DNA from: an uncultured bacterium
GTDB taxonomy: Bacteria; CSSED10-310; CAZUFC01
Direction: 5' to 3'
Length of the DNA stretch: 64,000 bases
Assembly (NCBI GenBank): GCA_964619725.1
Contig: CAZUFC010000021.1
Location: 16,963 to 80,962 of the forward strand
A program made the translations under genes and the position numbers. This document shows, one piece after another, positions 40,715-50,260 of the stretch; position 1 is the first letter of the stretch; the number at the start of each line of letters is the position of its first letter. Below the pieces are notes generated by a model. The model was not told where the DNA came from and did not search any database. It saw nothing but the letters and a program-made list of their open reading frames with translations.

Positions 40715-40962
40715 TATTCTATCTTATATTCGCTTTTTCCTTTGACGGAAAGCTGAGACTCTTCATTTTTTTCTCATAGACTGGTCGAAGATACTTAAGT
40801 AAATCCGCCTCCCAAAGTTGTCTGGACGATGATAATGACCGCAGTTAATTCAAGAGGTTGGATTCATAGTTGTATATTTTTTATTTCATCAAGCAAAGAA
40901 AGAATAATAACTGGAAGGCCGGAGGAATCGGAATTATTCCAACTCTAAGGAGGTGACTTCAG

Positions 40963-42525
40963 TTGAATTATGTCTTACCGTCGATAGTGTTCATAGTAGT
41001 TACAGCGGTAAGTTTTCTATTAGGACAGGTGATAAGCCGCAGGAAGACTTCGAAAATAATCGATAAAACTGAGGAGGAGCGCGGCAAAATACTGTCCAGG
41101 GCTGAGCATAAAGCTGAAACTATGATTAAAGAAGCCAAATTGGAAGCAAAAGAGAAGTTTTTCACGATGAAGTCAGATTTTGAGAAGCAGACGAAGGATC
41201 GTCGTGAGGAGCTTCAGGCGATGGAGAAGCGATTTCATCAGAAGGAAGAGAACATAGATCGCAAATTATGTCTTCTGGAGCAGAAGGATCATAACTTACA
41301 CAAGAGAAAAAATGATCTGGATCGCCGGCAGCGCAAGCTGGAGAACAAGGAGAAAGAGGTAGATCGGATATTGAAGGAGCATCAGACGACGCTTGAGCGG
41401 ATAAGCAGTTTAACGGCTCAGGATGCCAAGAAGATGTTGATGGATTCCATGGAAGAGGAAGCCCGGAGGGATGTGGCGGTATCGATCAAGCGCATAATTG
41501 ACCGAGCGTCAGACGAATCGGATAAAAAGGCGAAAGAGATAATCAGCCAGGCGATTCAGAGGTGTGCATCGGAGCATGTTGTAGAGACGACGGTTTCGGT
41601 GGTTGATTTGCCGAACGACGAGATGAAGGGCCGGATAATCGGCCGAGAAGGACGCAACATAAGGGCATTGGAAATAGCGACAGGTATTGATCTTATCATT
41701 GACGACACTCCCGAAGCGGTTATCCTTTCGGGTTTTGATGCTATAAGAAGGGAGATAGCGGCTATATCCTTGAGGCGCCTGGTTGCGGACGGACGCATTC
41801 ATCCTGCGCGGATCGAAGAGATCGTCAAGAAGGTTGAAAAGGAGATGGAGTCGAACATAAAGGAATTAGGCGAGCAGGCCGTTTTTGAAGTCGGAATACA
41901 GGGTCTGCATCCTGATGCGGTGAAGCTGCTGGGGCGACTGCGGTACCGGACCAGTTACGCGCAAAATGTTCTGCATCATTCCATCGAAGTCGCTTTTTTA
42001 TCGGGCATAATGGCTGACGAACTGGGAGTGGATTCTCCCGTGGCGAGGCGAGCGGGTTTGCTTCATGATATCGGAAAAGCCATGGACCACGAAGTTGAGG
42101 GTTCGCATGCCAAGATCGGGGCTGATCTGGCCAGAAAATTCAATGAATCTCCGGCAGTTATCGAGGCGATAGCGTGTCATCACGGAGAAAAACAGCCGCA
42201 TTCCATCGAAGCGGTGCTGGTGCAGGCCGCTGATGCGCTTTCAGCAGCGCGTCCCGGGGCTCGACGTGAGATACTTGAGACTTACATCAAGCGGCTTGAA
42301 AAGTTGGAGTCTCTGGCGGATTCGTTCAAAGGGGTCGATAAGTCCTATGCCATTCAAGCGGGGAGAGAAATCAGGATCATCGTCAAACCGGATGAAATAA
42401 ACGACCCCGAAATGTCTGTATTGGCCAAGGACATAGCGAACAAGATTGAAGACGACCTGGAATATCCTGGAGAAGTTCGCGTTACCTGCATAAGGGAAAC
42501 CAGGACGGTTGAATATGCAAAATGA
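40963..42525 (+). CDS. rny: Ribonuclease Y
   Basis: TM + coiled coil + KH ([12 protein letters not shown]) + HD (LLHDIGK). Confidence 0.97.
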   Translation: MNYVLPSIVFIVVTAVSFLLGQVISRRKTSKIIDKTEEERGKILSRAEHKAETMIKEAKLEAKEKFFTMKSDFEKQTKDRREELQAMEKRFHQKEENIDRKLCLLEQKDHNLHKRKNDLDRRQRKLENKEKEVDRILKEHQTTLERISSLTAQDAKKMLMDSMEEEARRDVAVSIKRIIDRASDESDKKAKEIISQAIQRCASEHVVETTVSVVDLPNDEMKGRIIGREGRNIRALEIATGIDLIIDDTPEAVILSGFDAIRREIAAISLRRLVADGRIHPARIEEIVKKVEKEMESNIKELGEQAVFEVGIQGLHPDAVKLLGRLRYRTSYAQNVLHHSIEVAFLSGIMADELGVDSPVARRAGLLHDIGKAMDHEVEGSHAKIGADLARKFNESPAVIEAIACHHGEKQPHSIEAVLVQAADALSAARPGARREILETYIKRLEKLESLADSFKGVDKSYAIQAGREIRIIVKPDEINDPEMSVLAKDIANKIEDDLEYPGEVRVTCIRETRTVEYAK

Positions 42526-42763
42526 TTCCTCGAAAAAGACAGACAAGGAGGACATAAGCAGGTTAAGGTTTGAACTGGAAACTTGCGCCAGGGAATTGGA
42601 AGCGGAGGATTTATCTCTGGAAAAGGGAATAGAGATTTACCGGCGTGGAATGACGGTGTTCGGAAAACTCAAGAGCATACTATCCCGGGATGACGGAAAA
42701 ATTTACCTGGAAAAGATCGATCCCGACGGCGCCTGGACCTCGGAATCTTTCGATGCCGTTTAG
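42509..42763 (+). CDS. xseB: Exodeoxyribonuclease VII small subunit-like
   Basis: [17 protein letters not shown] pattern. Confidence 0.65.
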   Translation: MNMQNDSSKKTDKEDISRLRFELETCARELEAEDLSLEKGIEIYRRGMTVFGKLKSILSRDDGKIYLEKIDPDGAWTSESFDAV

Positions 42764-42802
42764 ACTCAGCGACGAAAAACGACAGCGTATTTTGGGAGCG
42801 GA

Positions 42803-43651
42803 ATGATGGGCCTGGACTTGATCAAACCATGCTTGTACGTCGTGGGAACCCCTATCGGGAATCTGGGTGACATGACGCCCAGGGCGATTGAGGCGCTTAA
42901 GCTGGTGGATTGCGTGGCGGCCGAGGATACGCGAAGAACGAGAAAGTTATTCTCAAAATTCAACATTCATTCGAAAATTATCGCTTATCACGACCATAAT
43001 AAAACAAAGTGCGCCGGCGCTATCATCAGGATGCTGAAAAAAGGCGATAATGCGGCCCTCGTAACGGACAGCGGAACCCCCAATATTTCCGATCCGGGTT
43101 TCCATATCATCCGGGAAGCCTGCGCGGAAAATATAGAGGTTAGGCCGATTCCGGGAGTATCGGCTTTGACTGCGGCCTTGAGCGTCAGTCATGTTCCTGT
43201 TGACCGATTTATCTTTGAAGGTTTTCTTCCCAGAACGCGCGGCAAAAGAATGAAACGGCTTGCTCAATTGGCGACTCAGGGCCTTACCGCGGTCTTCTTT
43301 GAAGCTCCTCATCGACTGGAGGCGTTTCTGGATGATTTGACGGAGGCGTTTAACGATCGTGAGGCGATTATTGCCGGCGAGTTGACCAAGATGCATGAGA
43401 AGTTTTACCGGGGACGGTTGAGCGGAGCGAGGAAGCATCTGAAGGATGTTCCGCCGCAAGGTGAATACGTCGTCATCGTGGAAGGAGGAAAAAAGAGGGA
43501 GGAAAGGGAAATCCCCGAGGAAAACCTGATAGAGGAAGCGAATATGCTTATTCAGAATTACAGGTTGAACATTAAAGAGGCTTGTGGTTTAATAGCGAAA
43601 CGTTACGGCTTGCGAACCGGAGACGTTTATCGCATTTATGTGAAACAATGA
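42803..43651 (+). CDS. rsmI: 16S rRNA C1402 2'-O-methyltransferase
   Basis: LYVVGTPIGNLGD, AAEDTR, DSGTP.ISDPG, ELTKMHE. Confidence 0.95.
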   Translation: MMGLDLIKPCLYVVGTPIGNLGDMTPRAIEALKLVDCVAAEDTRRTRKLFSKFNIHSKIIAYHDHNKTKCAGAIIRMLKKGDNAALVTDSGTPNISDPGFHIIREACAENIEVRPIPGVSALTAALSVSHVPVDRFIFEGFLPRTRGKRMKRLAQLATQGLTAVFFEAPHRLEAFLDDLTEAFNDREAIIAGELTKMHEKFYRGRLSGARKHLKDVPPQGEYVVIVEGGKKREEREIPEENLIEEANMLIQNYRLNIKEACGLIAKRYGLRTGDVYRIYVKQ

Positions 43652-43671
43652 GAGGAAAAGAGTAAAAATAC

Positions 43672-43768
43672 GGAAGCGGAAGAGTCCTGGTGGGCTCTCT
43701 GGACTTCAAATCCAGTAACGGGCTCTAGAAAAGTCCGTGGTGGGTTCGATTCCCACACGCTTCCGCCA
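43672..43768 (+). tRNA. selC: tRNA-Sec(TCA)
   Basis: 6-bp D stem with 4-nt loop, CTTCAAA anticodon loop, long variable arm, GCCA end. Confidence 0.95.
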
Positions 43769-43786
43769 TTTTTTCAGGCTTATTAA

Positions 43787-45307
43787 ATGAATGCTTCCGA
43801 AAATCTTTTGCCTTTCAAATGGCTGAATCCTCAATACAAAAATAGAGAATGCATCATCAGCGATTCCCTGGACGAACAAACCTCTCTTAAATCGAAAAAT
43901 TATACCTATGGAGAACTCAAAAACAATATCCTTTCCTGCGCCTCCTATTTCAAAAGCCTGGATTTCCGGGATCGTGAAAAGATTCCCATAGTCCTGAAGG
44001 ATCGTTTCCAGTTTATGGCTGTATTTTTCGCCCTGTTGCAGAACGGCGCATTGCCCGTATTGCTCGATCCTGCAGGAAAATCGGAACTGGATTCCGTCCT
44101 CCGTGCGGTGGAGCCTCGCTATGTCATAGCGGATTCGACCAATCGGCAAATTTTTGAGGAATCAGCAGGAAATTTCGATTTTCGTATTATAGACCCCGAT
44201 GATATCGGGATAAAAGAGGGGGGAGGATTTCATTTAAGCGGGACCTATGAGGCCGACGAGCCGATGTGCGTGCTTTTTACTTCCGGTTCCACGGGTGAGC
44301 AGAGCGGCATCGTCAAGACATACGGCAATATTATTTCGGAACTGGAGGTGTTGATTCGAATATTGAAGATCAGCGACCGGCATATCTTCCTGGGTCTGGT
44401 TCCATGGCACCATATTTACGGACTCTTGTTCACTGTTTTTTTACCTTTGCGGGTCGGCGGGGCCGTCCATTCGAAAACGCCTTTGTTGCCGCAGGAAATC
44501 ATATCCGCGTTGCGAAAACGGAGAGATTTTCCGACAATCCTGGTGGGAGTCCCGGTTCACTATGCGGCTTTAAGCAGGCTGGGGAACAAGGGGAAGGTGA
44601 GCGACTTCAGCCAATTGTCCCCCATCAGTTCCGGAGCTGCTCTGTCTAATGATATATTCCGGGATTTCTTTGTAACATACGGAAGGGGAGTACTGGAGAT
44701 ATACGGTTCAACGGAAACAGGCGGAATCGCCTGGCGGATTCAGGATGATGAAGCGGGTGAAATGACGTCATGGTCCGCTTTCCCTTATACGGAGTGGAAA
44801 ATTAAGTCCGGAGGCGCCGAAGGTTCCTTGATCGTTCGTTCTCCGGCCGTTTCTCATGCGCAGCTCATCCGCAACCATACCGTCAGAATAGTTTCAGACG
44901 ACGGATGGTTCATCATGGGAGATATAATACGGCGCAACGACAAGGATGAATCGCGTTTCATTTTTCTGGGTCGCGATCTGCAGATCATGAAGGTCGGGGG
45001 CAGGAGGATATCGGCCCGGGAGATCGAACAGGTGATACTTCAAATCGATTGGGTGAAGGATTGCGCTGTCGTTGCCGAGTGTCTGGGCGGAAGCGCGGGA
45101 ACAGAGCTGTTCGCCGTCATTCAAAAAAGCCGGCAGGTTGATGACGTCTCTCTGAAAACAAGGATACGTGCCTATTGCAAAGAAAAACTGGCGCAATACA
45201 AGGTACCCAAGAGAATAGCCGTCATGGAACGCATTCCCCGGAATCGAAACGGTAAAATAATTTACCCGGAAATAAAAAAATCGTTGTCTTCAGTGTGGAA
45301 AAGCTGA
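43787..45307 (+). CDS. AMP-binding acyl/aryl-CoA (or -ACP) ligase
   Basis: FTSGSTG, HIYG, YGSTETGG, GD, GR, YKVPK, NGK. Confidence 0.9.
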   Translation: MNASENLLPFKWLNPQYKNRECIISDSLDEQTSLKSKNYTYGELKNNILSCASYFKSLDFRDREKIPIVLKDRFQFMAVFFALLQNGALPVLLDPAGKSELDSVLRAVEPRYVIADSTNRQIFEESAGNFDFRIIDPDDIGIKEGGGFHLSGTYEADEPMCVLFTSGSTGEQSGIVKTYGNIISELEVLIRILKISDRHIFLGLVPWHHIYGLLFTVFLPLRVGGAVHSKTPLLPQEIISALRKRRDFPTILVGVPVHYAALSRLGNKGKVSDFSQLSPISSGAALSNDIFRDFFVTYGRGVLEIYGSTETGGIAWRIQDDEAGEMTSWSAFPYTEWKIKSGGAEGSLIVRSPAVSHAQLIRNHTVRIVSDDGWFIMGDIIRRNDKDESRFIFLGRDLQIMKVGGRRISAREIEQVILQIDWVKDCAVVAECLGGSAGTELFAVIQKSRQVDDVSLKTRIRAYCKEKLAQYKVPKRIAVMERIPRNRNGKIIYPEIKKSLSSVWKS

Positions 45308-46866
45308 TCTTTCAGTTTTTCCATATCTTCGTCCAACGGTCTGTCTTTATCCAGGAACGGGACTGTAGAACGTATTTTTTCAAAGAATTTCGTCGATTCC
45401 GCTGATAAAAGCCGCCTGTTCCTTAATTCTGTAGCCTGACAGCTTATCATGGCGTGAATCGAGGCTGTTTTTCTGCAAAGTTCCAGTATGGCGGCGGCTT
45501 CTCTTGCCGCAATAGTGCCCATGCTGACTTTATCCTGGTTATGGCATTCCGTGGAACGGGAAAAAGCGGAAATGGGCGCGGCCGTTTTCAACGCTTCGGC
45601 GGCAAGCGCTGATGCAGTAATCTGCAGCCCCTTGAAACCGTGATGAGAAAAATCTGTGGATCCTTGCTCATGCGAAGGAATGAGATTATGGGGGAGGCCC
45701 CTGTTGAATCGAGAATCAACGAGCAGCGCTATCTGGCGGTCGAGGAGGTCCGCTACGTTGGCCAAGGCTGGTTTAAGGCTGTCCATGGCCTGAGCGATAT
45801 GACCGCCGTAAAAGTTGCCTCCATTGTATATTTTCTCTTGAAGCGGATCGATGATGGGATTGTCGTTGACAGAATTGATTTCTGTCGTGGTAATGCGGTC
45901 CGTCCATTCGAGCACATCGCGCAGAACGCCGATGACCTGAGGCGCGCATCGAACGGAATAGGGGTCCTGCAATTGAACGTCGCATTTGTTTTGTTTGCTT
46001 TCGCTTTTCAGGCGCTGAATCAGTTCATCCTGGTTAAGAGCCAGTCTGCTGCCTTTCAGATAAGAAAATATGTTACGGGCTGAGATTATCTGGCCGGGAT
46101 GAGATTTAAGTTCGTGAATTCTGGGCTCAAAAGGAATTTTACTGCCGTAAAGGGCTTCAATGCACAGGGCCGTCGAACGTTCAGCAATTTCCGCCAGTCT
46201 CCGGGAATCATAAACGGCCAGGGTCGCGAGCGCTGTCATGACGGATGTCCCGTTTATCAGTGCCAGGCCTTCCTTGGGTTCCAGAACAACAGGTTCAAGG
46301 TTCGCTGCTTGCAGTGCAATTGCCGCATCGGTCACACCGGTTTCGGCATATACACGGCCTGTGCCGGTCAAAGCCGCTGCAATGTAAGCCAAAGGCGTCA
46401 AATCGCCGCTCGCTCCCACCGAACCCTGGGAAGGAATAACAGGGATTATCCGATTGTTGATCAGGTCCTTCAGCGCTTTCAGCAATAGGTAGCGAATGCC
46501 CGAATATCCCTGACTGTTTGAATTCAGACGGATAAGCATGGTCGAAATGACTGCCTCCTCTGGAAATGGTGGTCCCGTGCCGCAAAGATGATATTTAATT
46601 AAGTTGCTCTGCAGATTCCTCATGTCTGTCTGACTTACGTTAAAACGGCATGAATCCCCGAAACCCGTGGATACTCCGTATACCGGAACTCCGGCTTCAA
46701 GGCTCCGCATTAAAAAGCGATGACCGCTGTTGATGAAATCGACATACTCTTGCGTTTCGCGTAGCTCTACCTGGTAACCGCTGCGAGCGACGCTCACCAC
46801 CTGGTCGAGCGTCAAACGAGAAGAGTCCAGAAACAGTTTTTTACGTGAGTGATCCAAAACGCCCAT
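45262..46866 (-). CDS. MIO-dependent aromatic amino acid ammonia-lyase (HAL/PAL/TAL family)
   Basis: VYGVSTGFG, GSVGASGDL (MIO-forming ASG), KEGLALINGT, QDPYSVRC, HNQDKVSMG. Confidence 0.93.
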   Translation of the reverse strand: MGVLDHSRKKLFLDSSRLTLDQVVSVARSGYQVELRETQEYVDFINSGHRFLMRSLEAGVPVYGVSTGFGDSCRFNVSQTDMRNLQSNLIKYHLCGTGPPFPEEAVISTMLIRLNSNSQGYSGIRYLLLKALKDLINNRIIPVIPSQGSVGASGDLTPLAYIAAALTGTGRVYAETGVTDAAIALQAANLEPVVLEPKEGLALINGTSVMTALATLAVYDSRRLAEIAERSTALCIEALYGSKIPFEPRIHELKSHPGQIISARNIFSYLKGSRLALNQDELIQRLKSESKQNKCDVQLQDPYSVRCAPQVIGVLRDVLEWTDRITTTEINSVNDNPIIDPLQEKIYNGGNFYGGHIAQAMDSLKPALANVADLLDRQIALLVDSRFNRGLPHNLIPSHEQGSTDFSHHGFKGLQITASALAAEALKTAAPISAFSRSTECHNQDKVSMGTIAAREAAAILELCRKTASIHAMISCQATELRNRRLLSAESTKFFEKIRSTVPFLDKDRPLDEDMEKLKDQLFHTEDNDFFISG

Positions 46867-47267
46867 TTAATCTCATCCCGTCCTTCCGACGCTGAAAATG
46901 CGCTGTAATTTGTCCGGTCAGGAAAACGACAAGGCCCTTGATTGCACTTCACATACAATCAAAATCGTTTACCGGCTTTCATATATCACTCAATCCGAAA
47001 CGATGCAACCTGGACCGCAAGTCTCAAATTCCAGGCGGGATTGATCAGAAGGGAGTTACAATTTTTCCGAATCACATCGTCTCTTATACGCAACAATTTT
47101 TACTATCCATGTTTGAATAACCTGTGCAATGGATTCCAGTCGCCTGGGTGTTCTGATTCTAGACTTCCATAAATTTTTCAAAGTTTGACAATATACACTG
47201 ATGAGTTATTTCAAGTATATTCATGATGCCGAAAACCGGAAGGACATGCGATTCAGGATAATATCAA

Positions 47268-47440
47268 CCCTCTTATTCGAAAGATACGTTTTACGAATGT
47301 CCATATCCCCGTTCCTTCAAGCGTCGCTACCTACGGACTTGCTAAAGATAGCGCTGGTATGCTTCCGTAATCCTCAGGTCCCCGCGACGCCCAAATATGA
47401 GGGAATCTGAAAGCTCTCACTACGATTTTGTATGAGAAAT
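47268..47440 (+). mobile_element. MITE-like family 2, copy B
   Basis: Shares ccttcaagcg...ggacttgct.aa.atagcgctg...gggaatctgaa.gctctcactacgattttgtatg.gaaat with 12821-12987. Confidence 0.7.
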
Positions 47441-47466
47441 CAGGGCCAAGAGACGTAAAAAGTAAT

Positions 47467-47603
47467 CCCTCTTCTCTTTTCGAGTAAATTCGCGTGATTT
47501 CGCGGATAAAATATCCTGAAAACCGTTTAAATATTAGCAGATGCCGGAATTGTGTTTATATATCATCCGCGAAACTTCACGAATTCACACGAAAAAGAAG
47601 GGT
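47467..47603. repeat. Imperfect inverted pair of CGAA-rich short repeats
   Basis: cccttctcttttcgagtaaattcgcgtgatttcgcggat versus atccgcgaaacttcacgaattcacacgaaaaagaaggg; similar units at 58803 and 59067. Confidence 0.6.
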
Positions 47604-47940
47604 TGTCTTAATGGTCGGAGTCGAAGACGCTCCGCTGTTGTCATTGACGGATGACGCGGAAAAATTACTTGCCCCGTATTTTGTGGCTTATTGCTCGTGT
47701 CGCAGCGCTGTCCCTTGATGAATTATTTCACGGATATGTCAGTTATGTCGAAAACTCGGACGACATGCTATTTACGCCAATTCAGTCCCTCTTATTCGTT
47801 GGATTCGTCTGGATTCCGCGTCATTGGCCTAACCCGCGTTTACTAAAGGCCGCAACCGCGCATTCTGCTATGGACAGGAAAAAATAGGTCGTTTTCTGCT
47901 TGACAAAATGAAAAATTGATTTAATATGATGTGGAAGCGA

Positions 47941-48016
47941 GCGGGAATAGCTCAGCTGGTAGAGCCCTACGTTGCCAACGTAGTTGTCGCGGGTTCGAAT
48001 CCCGTTTCCCGCTCCA
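47941..48016 (+). tRNA. tRNA-Gly(GCC)
   Basis: Cloverleaf with TTGCCAA loop and encoded CCA; TTGACA at 47900 upstream. Confidence 0.96.
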
Positions 48017-48023
48017 TCGTAAC

Positions 48024-48096
48024 GGCGGCGTACCCAAGTGGCTAAGGGAGAGGTCTGCAAAACCTCCATTCACCGGTTCGAATCCGGTCGCCGCCT
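48024..48096 (+). tRNA. tRNA-Cys(GCA), CCA not encoded
   Basis: GAGGT-CTGCAAA-ACCTC anticodon arm; U discriminator. Confidence 0.95.
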
Positions 48097-48114
48097 TTTA
48101 TTTAAGATAAAAAT

Positions 48115-48200
48115 GCCGGGGTGGCGGAACTGGGAGACGCAAGGGACTTAAAATCCCTCGAGATTTTGATCTCGTGCCGGTTCGATTCCGGCCCTCGGCA
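48115..48200 (+). tRNA. tRNA-Leu(TAA), CCA not encoded
   Basis: AGGGA-CTTAAAA-TCCCT anticodon arm; long variable arm. Confidence 0.95.
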
Positions 48201-48299
48201 TTTCCCGCCTCTTTTGCTAATTCCCAAAAATTCCTTAATTGTAATTGCATAAACAGCGAATTTTTCCTGAAACTGATTATTTCCGGACACCCGGTCAGT

Positions 48300-49574
48300 T
48301 TAATCTTTGCGTAAATTTTCGTTTCCGGGAAGAAGATCGAAAAGAATTGTCAGGATGGATGTGATGGGCAATAAATCGGATGATATATAGCATTCTGCAG
48401 AGTCTGGATATCCTGTCGTGCTGACGGCGCTGCTGGGGTCTGCGTCCCTGATTTTATTTTCTAGAGCTGTCGCCAATCTGTCGGAAAACAATTTGTTGTT
48501 TGGCCCAGGGCTTCTGAAAGAAAATTTGGCGGCTTTATCGGTAAGGTTGAGTAAAATATAAAGTATGCTCGTCAGCTCAGACTCACGTTTCAGCTCATGG
48601 GCTTTGACCGTCGCCAGCATGGGGCCTAATTTAATGTTTTCGCAACAGAAGAAATAATTTTCAGCCGTTTCGTTTTTGTTCAATCTGACGGATGCATCCA
48701 TTAATTTCTGATAATGCGACCAGTCCGCTAGAAAAAAATCGTACATTAATCGTCCGGGTTCGGGATTCGGCAGAGAGCAGATAAAATCATCCAGAACGTC
48801 CCAGGATTTGGGGTCTACGCCTGATTCAGACAACCGGTCCAGTTGATTGAAGATATAGGTTGGCGGATCCAGTTCGTGAAGTCGGGGATCGCGTTCCTTG
48901 TAAAAGAACTGGTAACCGCCCCCGGCTACGGCATGAATGAATTCCGTAATTCTGTGAAGCAAGGAACTGCGTTTTCTCTGATTGAGGTCGAAGACGGTGG
49001 CTTTTTCGCAATCGGGCTCGAACAGGTTCTCATATCTTTGACGGCTTTCATTGACGAAGTTCCTGGCGAATTCGGTATAATCGTCGGTAACGGTATTTAA
49101 ATTGAAGTCGCCGGTCAGGCCTACCAGGTTCAGGAAATCGTCAAAAATATCGTTTACTTCCAGGTGCTTGAGCAGTTTATGAACTATTGTCGAAACGGAA
49201 CAACGGCAGGAACCTGATGCATTCGGGTTCAAGATGATAGCCTTGTCGTAATCCGCTGCAGGCGTGTGATTGTCAATGACTACCACTTCTCCCGCCAGCG
49301 GCTGCAATTCATTATATTCGGAAAAGGACCCTTTGCCCACAATGAACAGCAGGTCGGGTTTATAACCCAGCGCCGCTATTTCCTTGGGCGTCAAAATGAA
49401 CTGAGGAGGAAGGCTCACTCTAACGAAGCTGTCGAAATTTTTCAATGCCTTCTTCAGCAAAATGCCGCTGATTATGCCGTCCGGATTGTCGCTTAGAAAT
49501 AAAGATATCTTCTTGTGTTGCGCATTTTTGATTATCTTGCTGACTCGCTCCAGCTCAGGAAATGTTTCGCTCAT
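48300..49574 (-). CDS. DHH-family paralog with degenerate catalytic motifs
   Basis: Shares GLTGDF, ERDPRL, DPPTYIF, LPNPEPGRLMYDF with 9754-11043 but has SDNPDG, VGKG, IDNH and TTGY. Start placed at ATG 49574. Confidence 0.82.
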   Translation of the reverse strand: MSETFPELERVSKIIKNAQHKKISLFLSDNPDGIISGILLKKALKNFDSFVRVSLPPQFILTPKEIAALGYKPDLLFIVGKGSFSEYNELQPLAGEVVVIDNHTPAADYDKAIILNPNASGSCRCSVSTIVHKLLKHLEVNDIFDDFLNLVGLTGDFNLNTVTDDYTEFARNFVNESRQRYENLFEPDCEKATVFDLNQRKRSSLLHRITEFIHAVAGGGYQFFYKERDPRLHELDPPTYIFNQLDRLSESGVDPKSWDVLDDFICSLPNPEPGRLMYDFFLADWSHYQKLMDASVRLNKNETAENYFFCCENIKLGPMLATVKAHELKRESELTSILYILLNLTDKAAKFSFRSPGPNNKLFSDRLATALENKIRDADPSSAVSTTGYPDSAECYISSDLLPITSILTILFDLLPGNENLRKD

Positions 49575-49697
49575 AATATCCACCGCCTTGATTCTAATCC
49601 TAAGCGCCGGAAACGATTCGCCCGGCGTTCGGCGCAAGGGCTTTTCATCATCCCTCTTCCTGCCGTTCTCCTGTCGATAAAAAGCCGGGATAAAAAA

Positions 49698-50027
49698 TCA
49701 TCTCTTTTTAACATGGCAGTCGCTGCATTTTGATATTCTTTCTGCCGACAGTCCTTTTTTGTGACATTTCCAGCATACATCGTGCATGTTCTTCACATTA
49801 TTGGACGGATGATCGATCTTTTTTTTGATCGAATCGTGGCAGAAACTGCATTGGGTTTTTTCTGAGTGATTATTATGATTCAATTTCACAACGGTCGGGC
49901 GTCCGTTTTCCGTTTTACGCGACGTTTCCAGCACTATTTCCTTAATGTCGACCGCGTTTTCTGAGAATGCTGAAATACCGGAAAACAGCAGCAAAATAAT
50001 CAAAAAAAGAATTCTTTTGCTCAACAT
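49698..50027 (-). CDS. Small periplasmic triheme cytochrome c (c3/c7-like)
   Basis: Signal peptide; HNNH; three CxxCH (CSFCH, CWKCH, CSDCH). Confidence 0.88.
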   Translation of the reverse strand: MLSKRILFLIILLLFSGISAFSENAVDIKEIVLETSRKTENGRPTVVKLNHNNHSEKTQCSFCHDSIKKKIDHPSNNVKNMHDVCWKCHKKGLSAERISKCSDCHVKKR

Positions 50028-50260
50028 GGGAGACCTCTTTTCAAGACGGTCGGGGTTCATTCCGTCATTCTCCGTTACTGCGGACCGGCCGCAATATTAA
50101 TGACGACGGTCGTCGCCTCATTCCCAATCAAGTTTTGCATTTCATGTTTCATAGGTTGCGCAACCTTTAGACTTTCACTATAACGGCAATCAAGCGATTT
50201 GTCACATGTGTTGAGCATTGTTCGGACGCTTGTTTTCATGCGTAGCTTTTTCTTTAATTA

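Noticed and set aside
40257-40756. Short ORFs between zapA and rny
   Set aside because: They overlap the 6S RNA and zapA.
43769-47940. Integrated element at selC or at the tRNA-Gly cluster
   Set aside because: No integrase or duplicated tRNA 3' end seen.
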